Shown piece after piece: positions 49,109 to 57,403 of a DNA stretch of 64,000 nt (its first letter is position 1; each line of letters begins with the position of its first letter). The stretch is from Vulcanimicrobiota bacterium (lineage in GTDB: Bacteria; Vulcanimicrobiota; Vulcanimicrobiia; Vulcanimicrobiales; Vulcanimicrobiaceae). The stretch is from NCBI GenBank assembly GCA_963820825.1, contig CAWGBN010000002.1, positions 256,001 through 320,000 on the forward strand, read 5' to 3'. The notes under the pieces are model-generated. The model ran no database searches and was not told the origin of the DNA. It saw nothing but the letters and a program-made list of their open reading frames with translations. The position numbers were made by a program, and so were the translations under genes.

Positions 49109-50848
49109 CTACAGCGCTCCGTGCGGTGATTGTTGAGCGACGAGCTTCGTATACCGGGCACGAGCGCGCTCGGCCTCAACGTGATCGTACGCTCTTGCCG
49201 CCTCGCGCGCAAGTTCCTCTAACAGTTCGACTTCTTCGGGATCGAGTTGCGCACCATTTGCGTGCGCTCCGTAAAGCGTAAAGCTGACGAGCTCGTGGCG
49301 TACGGTGACGGGGACCGCGAGCGTATAGATCGAGGCGTTCTGCGGATCGAGATGCGAGCGCAGGTCGTCGAGCCACACGATCCGCTCCTCTGCAAGCAGC
49401 ATCCGCACCAACAGCTCGTTCGCATCGAACCCGGGCGGTGCAACGGTCGTCTCGCGGCTGGTTGCGACACCCTCGAAGCGCGAGCCATCGGGAGAACGGC
49501 GATAGAGCGCCGCACCGGCGAGCTCGAGCGTTTCGACGGGTATCTGCACGAGCCCGTCGACGATTGCCGCCTCGTCCGTGGCATACGGCAGCGCCGTTGC
49601 AGCGCGACGAAGATGTCGCTCGGCGATGCGGCGCGCTCGAAAGAAGACCGCTTCGACGAAACGCTCGACGGTGCGGTTGATCCGGTCGAGGAGAAAGCCG
49701 ATCGCGATCGTCGCCAGCAGCTCGAGCCCGAGCGCGAGCCGCCCGACTGCGACGACCCGTGAAAAAAACCAATCCAATATCGAGACGAAGGCGATCACGG
49801 CAAGCGAAAGCACGCCGAATACAAGCGCCCGGTTCAAGACGAAGTTGACGTCGAGCACGCGCAGGCGGAAGACGGCGTAGGCGATGCAGATCGGCATCAG
49901 CACTACCGCAAACCCGATCACCTGCCCGACGGCGAACGGCACCCCGGGAACGAAGTAAATCGCATATGCCACGAAGGATATGAGCGTGCCGAGCGCTACG
50001 AACGCAAAGCGTTGGCGGTCGCTGGGCGTCGCCGTCGCGAAGTTTTTGGCGAGAATCAGGCCCGCTAGAGCAAAAGCGAACAACGGAATGACGGTACTCG
50101 GAACGACATCCCAAGCCGGGATCGCCTCCACGCGGTAGTAGACGCGCCACTCGATCACATACAGTACGAAGGCCAGTGCGAGAAGGACCCAGACAAACGG
50201 ATCGATCCGGCGCCGCCATCCCAAGACGTCGCCGTTGGGGAACCTCAGGACGAAGGGCAACAACGGCAGCACGCTCCACGGCCCCAAAATCGTGCTGAGA
50301 ACGAAGGTAAGACCAAAATACGCCGGCGAGGGGAGCACGTGCGACCAGTACATGAACGCGGGGCTGGTGCCGAAGTATCCGACGGCAAAAACGTAAAACG
50401 ACCACGACATGATCGACGGCCGCAGGTAGACGAGCAGGAACGCGACGATCAGAAAGACCGTCGGCGGGATGTAGGCGAGTACGCCCCCGATCCGCTGCAA
50501 CGCGCCGAAGTTTGTCTCCGGCAAGGCCTGCAGCGTTACGGTATAGGCCGTTCCGCCGCGCTCGAACGTTAACGTTTCACGTTCGCCCGCATACGGCGAG
50601 CGCACCCGCGAGGGTATTTGATAATTCCCTTCGTCCTCAAGGCGATCGCCGGCGCGCACGCCGGCGCGATCGGCCGGCGAGCCGCGATCGATGGCGACGA
50701 CGCCGGCCACCCGGGGCGCCAACGTAATTCCGAACGTGCCTTCGCCCCAATTCTCCGCGAAATCGACGTGCCCGACCGGCACGTAGAATAGGACGACGAC
50801 AAGGAGCGTTATGAGGACCAGGACTCCGCGCGAGATAATTGGTCGCAT
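49109..50848 (-). CDS. membrane sensor-like protein: PDZ + multi-TM + GAF
   Basis: SPADRAGVRAGD PDZ motif, about 8 TM helices, C-terminal LAVPV..ELV..LYG.H..EEVELLEELA GAF. Confidence 0.8.
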   Translation of the reverse strand: MRPIISRGVLVLITLLVVVLFYVPVGHVDFAENWGEGTFGITLAPRVAGVVAIDRGSPADRAGVRAGDRLEDEGNYQIPSRVRSPYAGERETLTFERGGTAYTVTLQALPETNFGALQRIGGVLAYIPPTVFLIVAFLLVYLRPSIMSWSFYVFAVGYFGTSPAFMYWSHVLPSPAYFGLTFVLSTILGPWSVLPLLPFVLRFPNGDVLGWRRRIDPFVWVLLALAFVLYVIEWRVYYRVEAIPAWDVVPSTVIPLFAFALAGLILAKNFATATPSDRQRFAFVALGTLISFVAYAIYFVPGVPFAVGQVIGFAVVLMPICIAYAVFRLRVLDVNFVLNRALVFGVLSLAVIAFVSILDWFFSRVVAVGRLALGLELLATIAIGFLLDRINRTVERFVEAVFFRARRIAERHLRRAATALPYATDEAAIVDGLVQIPVETLELAGAALYRRSPDGSRFEGVATSRETTVAPPGFDANELLVRMLLAEERIVWLDDLRSHLDPQNASIYTLAVPVTVRHELVSFTLYGAHANGAQLDPEEVELLEELAREAARAYDHVEAERARARYTKLVAQQSPHGAL

Positions 50849-50937
50849 TACGGGTTCACTCTTGCGGCGGCCCGCGCCGCGAACCCCTTTGCCCGCTACG
50901 ATCTCCCGAGCCACCCCGTTACAAGCGGGCGCCGTTT

Positions 50938-50946
50938 TGCTATAAT
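50938..50946 (+). promoter_or_regulatory. extended -10 promoter TGCTATAAT
   Basis: Perfect TGnTATAAT in an intergenic region. Confidence 0.6.
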
Positions 50947-50996
50947 CGGGCTCCGGCCATTTATGACTCCTCCATGGCCGCGAGATCGAGCGTACT

Positions 50997-51221
50997 ATGC
51001 AATATCATTGGCAGAAATCGGCGAGAGGCTCGACCCCGAGTCGCCGCCCCGTCGTCCAAGCCGCCTACCTCTTAGCTCTGATCGCGTTCGCGACGGCGTC
51101 CGATCTGCCGCAGCCTTCGAATCCTCTCTTCGTGCGCACGGCCATCGCGCACCAAACGACTCCGACGCCGACACCGTGCCCCTCTCCGCCCGGACCGCTT
51201 TCCACTCCCGTGCCTTGCTGA
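50997..51221 (+). CDS. putative small secreted Pro-rich peptide
   Basis: Hydrophobic AAYLLALIAFATA segment; C-terminal TTPTPTPCPSPPGPLSTPVPC; TGATG coupling to the next gene. Confidence 0.45.
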   Translation: MQYHWQKSARGSTPSRRPVVQAAYLLALIAFATASDLPQPSNPLFVRTAIAHQTTPTPTPCPSPPGPLSTPVPC

Positions 51222-51871
51222 TGAGCATGCAAGTCAAGGGAGTTCACATCTTCAACACCGTTACGGCGGTCGTAGCCTTTGCGCTTAGCGGGTATACGTT
51301 CGTCCACGACCGCATCGACGAAAGCCGTTCGGCGAACGAGGCGACGGAGCGGATGTTGTTCGGCAGCTACACCCTCGGAATGAAGTACGAACAGCTATTG
51401 CTGTGCTCGAAGAACGATCTCTACGCTCATTGCAGCCATCGCACGCAGAATATCGATTTTGCTAAGCTCTCACCGCTGGCCGAGGTCGTACTCGGCGTTC
51501 AAGTCAACTGGCCGGCCTTGCGCGGATCCGGCCCGTTGGAAGATCCGGCCAACGCAAGCGATCCGACGAGTGCAAGCAACATCGTAAACTCAGCGCTCGA
51601 CACTCACTACGTCAATCGGAGAGTCTCCGCCGCATTCGTCCTCGGACGCTCTATGGAACTGCTCTTCGACCTCGCAGACAATCCTTCGACGAAGCGAACC
51701 AGCAGCAGTCTCGACTTGTACTCCAGCGTTGCCAAGAACAACGTCGACGACACGCTGGTTCAACAACTCGACGGTCTCTGTAAGGAACGGCAGATTGACA
51801 ACGTTCCACAAGAGCGGGAAATCTCGAAATTGGACTCGTGCATCTCGGGAAACTTTCTCCCGGAACTATAA
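51221..51871 (+). CDS. hypothetical membrane-anchored protein
   Basis: N-terminal TM, helical body, Cys pairs. Confidence 0.7.
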   Translation: MSMQVKGVHIFNTVTAVVAFALSGYTFVHDRIDESRSANEATERMLFGSYTLGMKYEQLLLCSKNDLYAHCSHRTQNIDFAKLSPLAEVVLGVQVNWPALRGSGPLEDPANASDPTSASNIVNSALDTHYVNRRVSAAFVLGRSMELLFDLADNPSTKRTSSSLDLYSSVAKNNVDDTLVQQLDGLCKERQIDNVPQEREISKLDSCISGNFLPEL

Positions 51872-51900
51872 ACCTCGTATCGCCAAAGTGCTCGGGTTCA

Positions 51901-52593
51901 CTATGGCCGAATCGGATACTCCTGCTCGGTGTCGTACTCGCCGAAGAGATCGTTCGAGTGCAGATCGTACGCACCGAGTCGATTCTTCACAATCTGAACG
52001 GCGATCTTCGGCTCGATCGGAGCCTTTCCGACGTAATCCTTGCGCTTGATGAGTATCACGGGATAGGCCTTGACCGGAACTGCAACGAGAAAGGTCTCCT
52101 CAGCGGAACTGCGCGGCGGCACGTAAAAATTCGTCGGCTGTCCGCCCACCGCACCGCTTCGCAGCTTGGCAAATGAGAAGAGCAGCGCGACGGGTCGCCG
52201 GGGAACGTCGGCCTTGACCCGGTCGTTGGCGGGCGTTTCAATTCGATCGTAGCGGCTCGAGCTTCGCCCGATTACTTCGCCGTATACGCTGAGCGCCTCA
52301 GCCGCGATGTCTACCGGCACGTTTCCGGTGTTCTGAAGCCGCTTGTGAATGGTGAGAAAGACGACACCGTTCACCGTCGAGCTTTGATCGACGATCGTGG
52401 GTAGGGAGAACGATGGTGCTTCCGAGAGCGGTTTGATGCGCTGCTCGTAGACGAAAGTGTACAGCGCCCAGAGACCCGCGGCGACGATGGCAACGATTTC
52501 GACGGCGATACGAACGTGTTCGGCGAACGTCGGAACGGAGTGCACCCGCACCGCACGACCGCGGCGATCCTCCTTTTCGTGCTGGTTCACCAA
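51901..52593 (-). CDS. hypothetical membrane-anchored protein
   Basis: Single N-terminal TM (IVAIVAAGLWALYTF); beta-rich body. Confidence 0.75.
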   Translation of the reverse strand: MVNQHEKEDRRGRAVRVHSVPTFAEHVRIAVEIVAIVAAGLWALYTFVYEQRIKPLSEAPSFSLPTIVDQSSTVNGVVFLTIHKRLQNTGNVPVDIAAEALSVYGEVIGRSSSRYDRIETPANDRVKADVPRRPVALLFSFAKLRSGAVGGQPTNFYVPPRSSAEETFLVAVPVKAYPVILIKRKDYVGKAPIEPKIAVQIVKNRLGAYDLHSNDLFGEYDTEQEYPIRP

Positions 52594-52611
52594 ACGTGAT
52601 TTCGCCGGTGC

Positions 52612-53613
52612 CTAGTTGTGACGGCGGCTAAGTGCCACGCTGTACACCGGTGCGCTGGCGTCCACGATCTCCTCCGTCTCGCCGCCCCCTGCCGGGTAGT
52701 TAAAAACCAGTACGTCCCATCTCACGATGTACCGATCGAAATAGTACTCGTTGGTAACGATGGCTTTGCTGCCGGCAATGATGAACTGGGTCGCCTCGTA
52801 GGCGTCGGTCAGCGGCGTCGAACCCGCGTACGTTCCATTTCGTCCGCTGATCGCATAGCGCACGATGTACGGCCTAATCGGCTGCCCGACGGCGAGGTAT
52901 CCTCGGTTCCACTGCAGACCTGCGCTCCAGCTGAGTCCGTACTCAAGGGTTACGGCCTTTAGCGATTTCGCTCGGCGCGGCAGTTTGGCGAGTTCGTAGT
53001 CGTAGCCGTAGCCGTGCGCGGGGATGCCATCGACAAAAAGATCCCCGGCGTTGTCGTAGGTACAGTATGCATAACCGGAGATCTCGCGATCCGTATAGGT
53101 CTTCGGCGTACCGCTTGCTTTACGGTAGACCGCGACATTGGCGCCGCCTCCGCTCACGTCGCCGGCGGTCGTCACGGCGAGATTACCGCTGGCCGGGTCG
53201 ACGGCACACGCGTAAGGACCACTTCCCGGCACCGGCAATGTGCGGATCGGCTGCGTGACGCCGTGCGCGTATTCGACAACAGTGTTCTCTTTGTAGTCGG
53301 TCACGTAAACGTCGCCCTTTTTGTCGGTGCAATCGCCGTACGGCAACGAAAGGCCGGTCAGTTGACCCTCAAGCTGACCCTGCGGGTAGGAGTACACGTC
53401 GATCGTCCCGGCGGTGACATAGAGCAGATCTTTTGTCTTCGCATCGGCGGCCATCCACGACTTGGCGCCATCGTTGCGCGAGGCTCCCGCCGCGGCCGGG
53501 ACGGCGGGACGGCCATCGGGCGCAGCCGGCAGACCGCTGCAGCCCGCGAGGAACGCGACCGCGAGGCACGGGCCGAGCGCCTGACGCGCAGATCGCCGAA
53601 CCACACTCTCCAT
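52612..53613 (-). CDS. beta-propeller-like lipoprotein
   Basis: Lipobox LAGC; SWMAADAK..DLLYV, C.D..GDVYV, C.VDP.SGNLAV, C.YD..GDLFVDG. Confidence 0.82.
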   Translation of the reverse strand: MESVVRRSARQALGPCLAVAFLAGCSGLPAAPDGRPAVPAAAGASRNDGAKSWMAADAKTKDLLYVTAGTIDVYSYPQGQLEGQLTGLSLPYGDCTDKKGDVYVTDYKENTVVEYAHGVTQPIRTLPVPGSGPYACAVDPASGNLAVTTAGDVSGGGANVAVYRKASGTPKTYTDREISGYAYCTYDNAGDLFVDGIPAHGYGYDYELAKLPRRAKSLKAVTLEYGLSWSAGLQWNRGYLAVGQPIRPYIVRYAISGRNGTYAGSTPLTDAYEATQFIIAGSKAIVTNEYYFDRYIVRWDVLVFNYPAGGGETEEIVDASAPVYSVALSRRHN

Positions 53614-53653
53614 ACGGCATGAGAATTCGACGAGCAACCGGCACTTCCGGCCG

Positions 53654-54898
53654 CTACAATGCTCCCGTGCCTTTCGGACTGCCGAGTCCGGTGGGGCCAT
53701 CCCACCCGCGACCGGAGATGCAGAGCGGCGCGCCGCAAGCACCGTCGCTGCCGGACGTAACGTCGTTGAGGCTCGCGGTGTGCGCGTACAGGTTTTCCAA
53801 AGGCTTCGTGGCGCTCTCTCCTGCGAGCGCGAAGGCTGCCGCGACGATCGGCGTAGCCACCGACGTGCCGCCGAAGACGAGCCATCCGCTCTGGTGGAAG
53901 GTGTCGTAAGCCGCCACCCCCGTGTGCGGATCCGCGTCGGCCGCGGCATCGGCCTCCGCGCGCATCGAGCACGCAGTCTTCAGGTCGCCTTGGAAGCTGG
54001 GCTTGCCGTAGATCTTGCTGCAGCCGCTCCCCGCACGTAACCATGCGGTCTCCGCGCGCGGGCTAATCGACGTTAAACTCGTTCCGCCGACGCCGACGAC
54101 GCCCGGAAGTGTGGCCGGCCACTGCGCCGTTGCGTTGTGTCCGCCGTCGCCGGTCGCGGCCGTAATCACGGCGCAGCTCGCGTCGAAGTCGTCGTCGTAC
54201 GTTTTCGTTCCCTCGTTCCCGCTCCAACTGTTGCTGACGTAGCCGGCATGGGCGGTTGCGTATCTTTCGGCGGCACCGAGATCGCCGATATTGGCCGACG
54301 CCGCCTCTACCAAGAGAATCTTACAGTTCGGGCAAATTGCCGAGACCATATCGAGGTCGACCGACTCTTCCGCGGCCCATCCGGTATTCGTCTTCGCGGT
54401 ATATGCCTGCTTGGCAAAGCATCCACTGGCGACCGTGCACGCCGGCAGCCCGTACTGGGAGCGGTAGGCGTTGAGATCCGATGCCGCGTTCGGATCGTCG
54501 TAGGCGTCGACGATCGCGACCGTCCGATCGCCGCCGTCGTTCTTGCTGTCGTCCGTTAGCTCGTACGCCGCCTGCAGATCGCCGGGAGCGTAACCGCCCG
54601 GCGTGTTCTCTGCAACGGCTCCGCGAATATCCGTGCGCAGCCAAGCCTGGCAGCGGGCAAAGCCCGCGCCGACGTCGCCGCAGACGCGGACCGACGGACC
54701 TTGGCGTGGCCAGAGTCCTCGCTGCGCGGCCGTCGCACTCAAGGGCAGCGCCGGCTCGCTCTGCTGTATGCTCGAAGAGCGCTGCCCAGCGTGCGAGCGG
54801 CATGATGCACTCGACGTTGCGAGCGGCAGCGAGTTCGATTCGGTGCAGGCCGTCAACGCAGCAATCGCGGCCGTCGCGGCAATGATCGTGAAGCGCAA
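53654..54898 (-). CDS. S53/S8 serine peptidase lipoprotein (paralog of 39175-40377)
   Basis: Lipobox LTAC; VAIVDAYD, EESVD, TGDGG, GGTSVATP, WDGPTGLGSP; TTG start with SD AAAGGA. Confidence 0.88.
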   Translation of the reverse strand: MRFTIIAATAAIAALTACTESNSLPLATSSASCRSHAGQRSSSIQQSEPALPLSATAAQRGLWPRQGPSVRVCGDVGAGFARCQAWLRTDIRGAVAENTPGGYAPGDLQAAYELTDDSKNDGGDRTVAIVDAYDDPNAASDLNAYRSQYGLPACTVASGCFAKQAYTAKTNTGWAAEESVDLDMVSAICPNCKILLVEAASANIGDLGAAERYATAHAGYVSNSWSGNEGTKTYDDDFDASCAVITAATGDGGHNATAQWPATLPGVVGVGGTSLTSISPRAETAWLRAGSGCSKIYGKPSFQGDLKTACSMRAEADAAADADPHTGVAAYDTFHQSGWLVFGGTSVATPIVAAAFALAGESATKPLENLYAHTASLNDVTSGSDGACGAPLCISGRGWDGPTGLGSPKGTGAL

Positions 54899-55055
54899 TG
54901 ACTTCGGTTCCTTTCGCAATAGGGTAACGCAACCAGCATGGCACGCGTTCCCTTGCAAAGGCTGAGAAGCCTCAAATCCTATTTATCGCGCCGACGCGAA
55001 ATCGACTCCGCTCAACATTTTGCCGACCTCCGCCCAGGAAGCTGCCCGATTCGCG

Positions 55056-55907
55056 TTAGCGATGCTCCGGCGGGTAATCGCAGTCGGATTTCGCTGCGCA
55101 TTTTGAATCCGACACGCCGGCTCCCGATGGCCGCACGACGACTGCCGTATAGTACGCAAATTGGACTCCGCTCGGCGGCGTTCTCTGATTCGTCCCGAGA
55201 TATGTGTTCGATTGGTTGAAATACGCTCGGTAAAACTTAGCGCAGCAGTTTGCGCAGCAAGGATCGCAGACTTCCGGATTCACTTCATCTCCGCGCGGGT
55301 CGACGATCATTTCGGCAATCTCGTGACTCACCGCCATGGCGTACACGTCGTGTCTATCTGCGAGCGTCAGGTTCGAGCCGTGGGCTCCAAAGACAATATA
55401 TGGCACCTTCGCGGCTGCAGAAAATCCGTGATAGCCGGCGTCCGCACCGATTCCTCCGCCGAAGATGTGCTGCGGGCACGGCACGATCACGCAGGAATCC
55501 TTCGAGAGCCGGTTCGCTTTGACGATCCGGCGTATCCAGCTTTGTAATTCGAGGTCGGAGAAACGCCGCGACGACATTTGCGCCGCGTAGCCGAGCAGCT
55601 TTGACGATATGGAGACCGAGTTCGGGCCGTACTGGCGAATCATTTCGCCGAGCGGGACGATCGCGTGCTTTGCATAGCGCACCATCGTTCGCATATCGGC
55701 GGTCGAAAATGCAAATTCTCCCGTTGGGGTTTGGAAGGTAACGTGCGCAAAATAAATCGTTCCGCTGAACAGCGGCGTCGCCGTCACTCTCGGTCCGCCA
55801 TGAGGCATCGAATTTCGCTTTAGGAATCTTTGAACCGCAGGATGGCGAGCGACCGCCGGTGAGTCGTGACCAAGGCGGTGCAGCCGCTGCAATAGCGCGA
55901 TCGGCAC
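55056..55907 (-). CDS. hypothetical protein with an HExxE..DP motif (Phi-1/EXORDIUM-like); start uncertain
   Basis: GYH, AVSHEIAEMIVDP, EVCDPC. Confidence 0.6.
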   Translation of the reverse strand: MPIALLQRLHRLGHDSPAVARHPAVQRFLKRNSMPHGGPRVTATPLFSGTIYFAHVTFQTPTGEFAFSTADMRTMVRYAKHAIVPLGEMIRQYGPNSVSISSKLLGYAAQMSSRRFSDLELQSWIRRIVKANRLSKDSCVIVPCPQHIFGGGIGADAGYHGFSAAAKVPYIVFGAHGSNLTLADRHDVYAMAVSHEIAEMIVDPRGDEVNPEVCDPCCANCCAKFYRAYFNQSNTYLGTNQRTPPSGVQFAYYTAVVVRPSGAGVSDSKCAAKSDCDYPPEHR

Positions 55908-56032
55908 GCCCGTTCCGAAGCCGACGGCATCTCGCTCTTGGCGGAACGCCGCGGGCCCGCTGCGCTGAAGATAGCGCGCGTTTTTGAGCGCTCGAGTGTA
56001 GCAGCGGACGGCTCGCGTCTTCGAGGAACGGC

Positions 56033-56464
56033 CTAACGGCAATACTTGTTCGAGACCTTCAAGAAGAAGTACCCCACTTGCTTGCCGTGCGCGTTGGTTG
56101 CGTCGAATTCGACGTCGGCGCGACCGCAGGACGGGCCCGAGGTTATCAGCCACTCCGTTTGGCTGCTGCCGACGCGCTCTGCGTTATAGCAGATCTTCCC
56201 GTTAAAACAGCTCGCGATATGGCCCAAGTAGGAGCCTACCACGTGCGGGCCGCTGACCGTTACCACGATCCCCGCTTTGGTATGGCGCGTTAGGTGAACG
56301 GGGCACGGCTTGACGTTAATGTGCACGCCGCCGCAGTCTTTGTCGGGCGAAACGGCCGGCACGGCCGCGGCGCCACCTTGGAACGCCGGCACTCCGGATG
56401 CCGTACACGCGCCGAGCATCGAAGCGGACGCGACGATCGCCAAAATGTGAAGACGTCGAAACAT
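56033..56464 (-). CDS. hypothetical lipoprotein
   Basis: SD GAGGGGAG; lipobox LGAC; multiple Cys. Confidence 0.78.
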   Translation of the reverse strand: MFRRLHILAIVASASMLGACTASGVPAFQGGAAAVPAVSPDKDCGGVHINVKPCPVHLTRHTKAGIVVTVSGPHVVGSYLGHIASCFNGKICYNAERVGSSQTEWLITSGPSCGRADVEFDATNAHGKQVGYFFLKVSNKYCR

Positions 56465-56552
56465 TGGGAACTCCCCTCGAAACAGCAGCTCTTGCCTTAT
56501 CTACTCCCTCAATAGTCAAGAAACCCTGAAAAAACGGCTCAGGGCCGCTCTT

Positions 56553-57197
56553 TCAGCACTTCGTTTTGACGAGCTTGCCTCGATAGATCATGATGACCGC
56601 GTCGTTGTAGCTGGCAAAGTCGCCGCCCTTGAGCGGAAAACCGAGGCCTCCCAGCATCGGGCCGTACTTACCGGGCATCGTGGTGACATAGCAGTACGGC
56701 AGCACCTGCCAGAGGCTGCCGACGTCCTTGGCGGCTTCAATCGTGTACGTCGTCTTCGGCTTGAGCCCGGGGCCGCCCAGCGTTAATCCGGCCGCCAACT
56801 TTGTGCCGAACTTAATAAAGCCGCTGAATTTCAGCTGGAGGTAGAATAACGCATCGGTGCTGGGCGGAAACCCGCCCGGGTCGTAGGCAGTCGTGCTGCT
56901 GATGACGGTCATGGACACCCCAGGTCCGGTGAAGCTTGGGTATATTACCTTCCCGCCCCAGTTCTTGAACTTTGGAACGCAGACACTTCCGCCTTTGACG
57001 CTGAGCTTCTGCGGTTTCGACTGCGCGTAATCTTTGGTGTTCTTCTGCCCCTTGCAAGAGGGTATCGCGGCCGCATCACTGATGCGGTCGACGGCGGGTC
57101 CGATGCTTTGACCCGGGAGCATTTCCGAGCGGCCACTGCAACCCCCGAGCAGCGCGGCGGCAGCGGCAATGGCGACAGCATAACGTAGAGGAGTCAT
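56553..57197 (-). CDS. hypothetical lipoprotein
   Basis: SD AGGAGG; lipobox LGGC. Confidence 0.8.
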   Translation of the reverse strand: MTPLRYAVAIAAAAALLGGCSGRSEMLPGQSIGPAVDRISDAAAIPSCKGQKNTKDYAQSKPQKLSVKGGSVCVPKFKNWGGKVIYPSFTGPGVSMTVISSTTAYDPGGFPPSTDALFYLQLKFSGFIKFGTKLAAGLTLGGPGLKPKTTYTIEAAKDVGSLWQVLPYCYVTTMPGKYGPMLGGLGFPLKGGDFASYNDAVIMIYRGKLVKTKC

Positions 57198-57321
57198 GAC
57201 AACCTCCTAACGGCGCAATGATACCACACGTCCGTTGAGCCAACAAATCTTTCATCAAATTCGAAAACGGTTCCGCAGCCGGCGGGCCCGCCTCGGGATA
57301 TGAACCGTCGCGAGGAAGATT

Positions 57322-57388
57322 CATCCATGATGGCGCCGCAGCGCGTACGGCGGAACGGACACTTGGACGACCGACTTGGACAAGTGGA
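57322..57388 (-). promoter_or_regulatory. duplicated promoter/operator element, copy 1
   Basis: The 41-bp core 57348-57388 differs from 61166-61206 at 2 positions; internal ACTTGGAC direct repeats. Confidence 0.7.
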
Positions 57389-57403
57389 TCACGGTTTATG
57401 CTT

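Noticed and set aside
50963..51220. N-terminal extension of the 302-aa ORF
   Set aside because: Low-complexity and Arg/Pro-rich; the TM-bearing protein plausibly starts at ATG 51221
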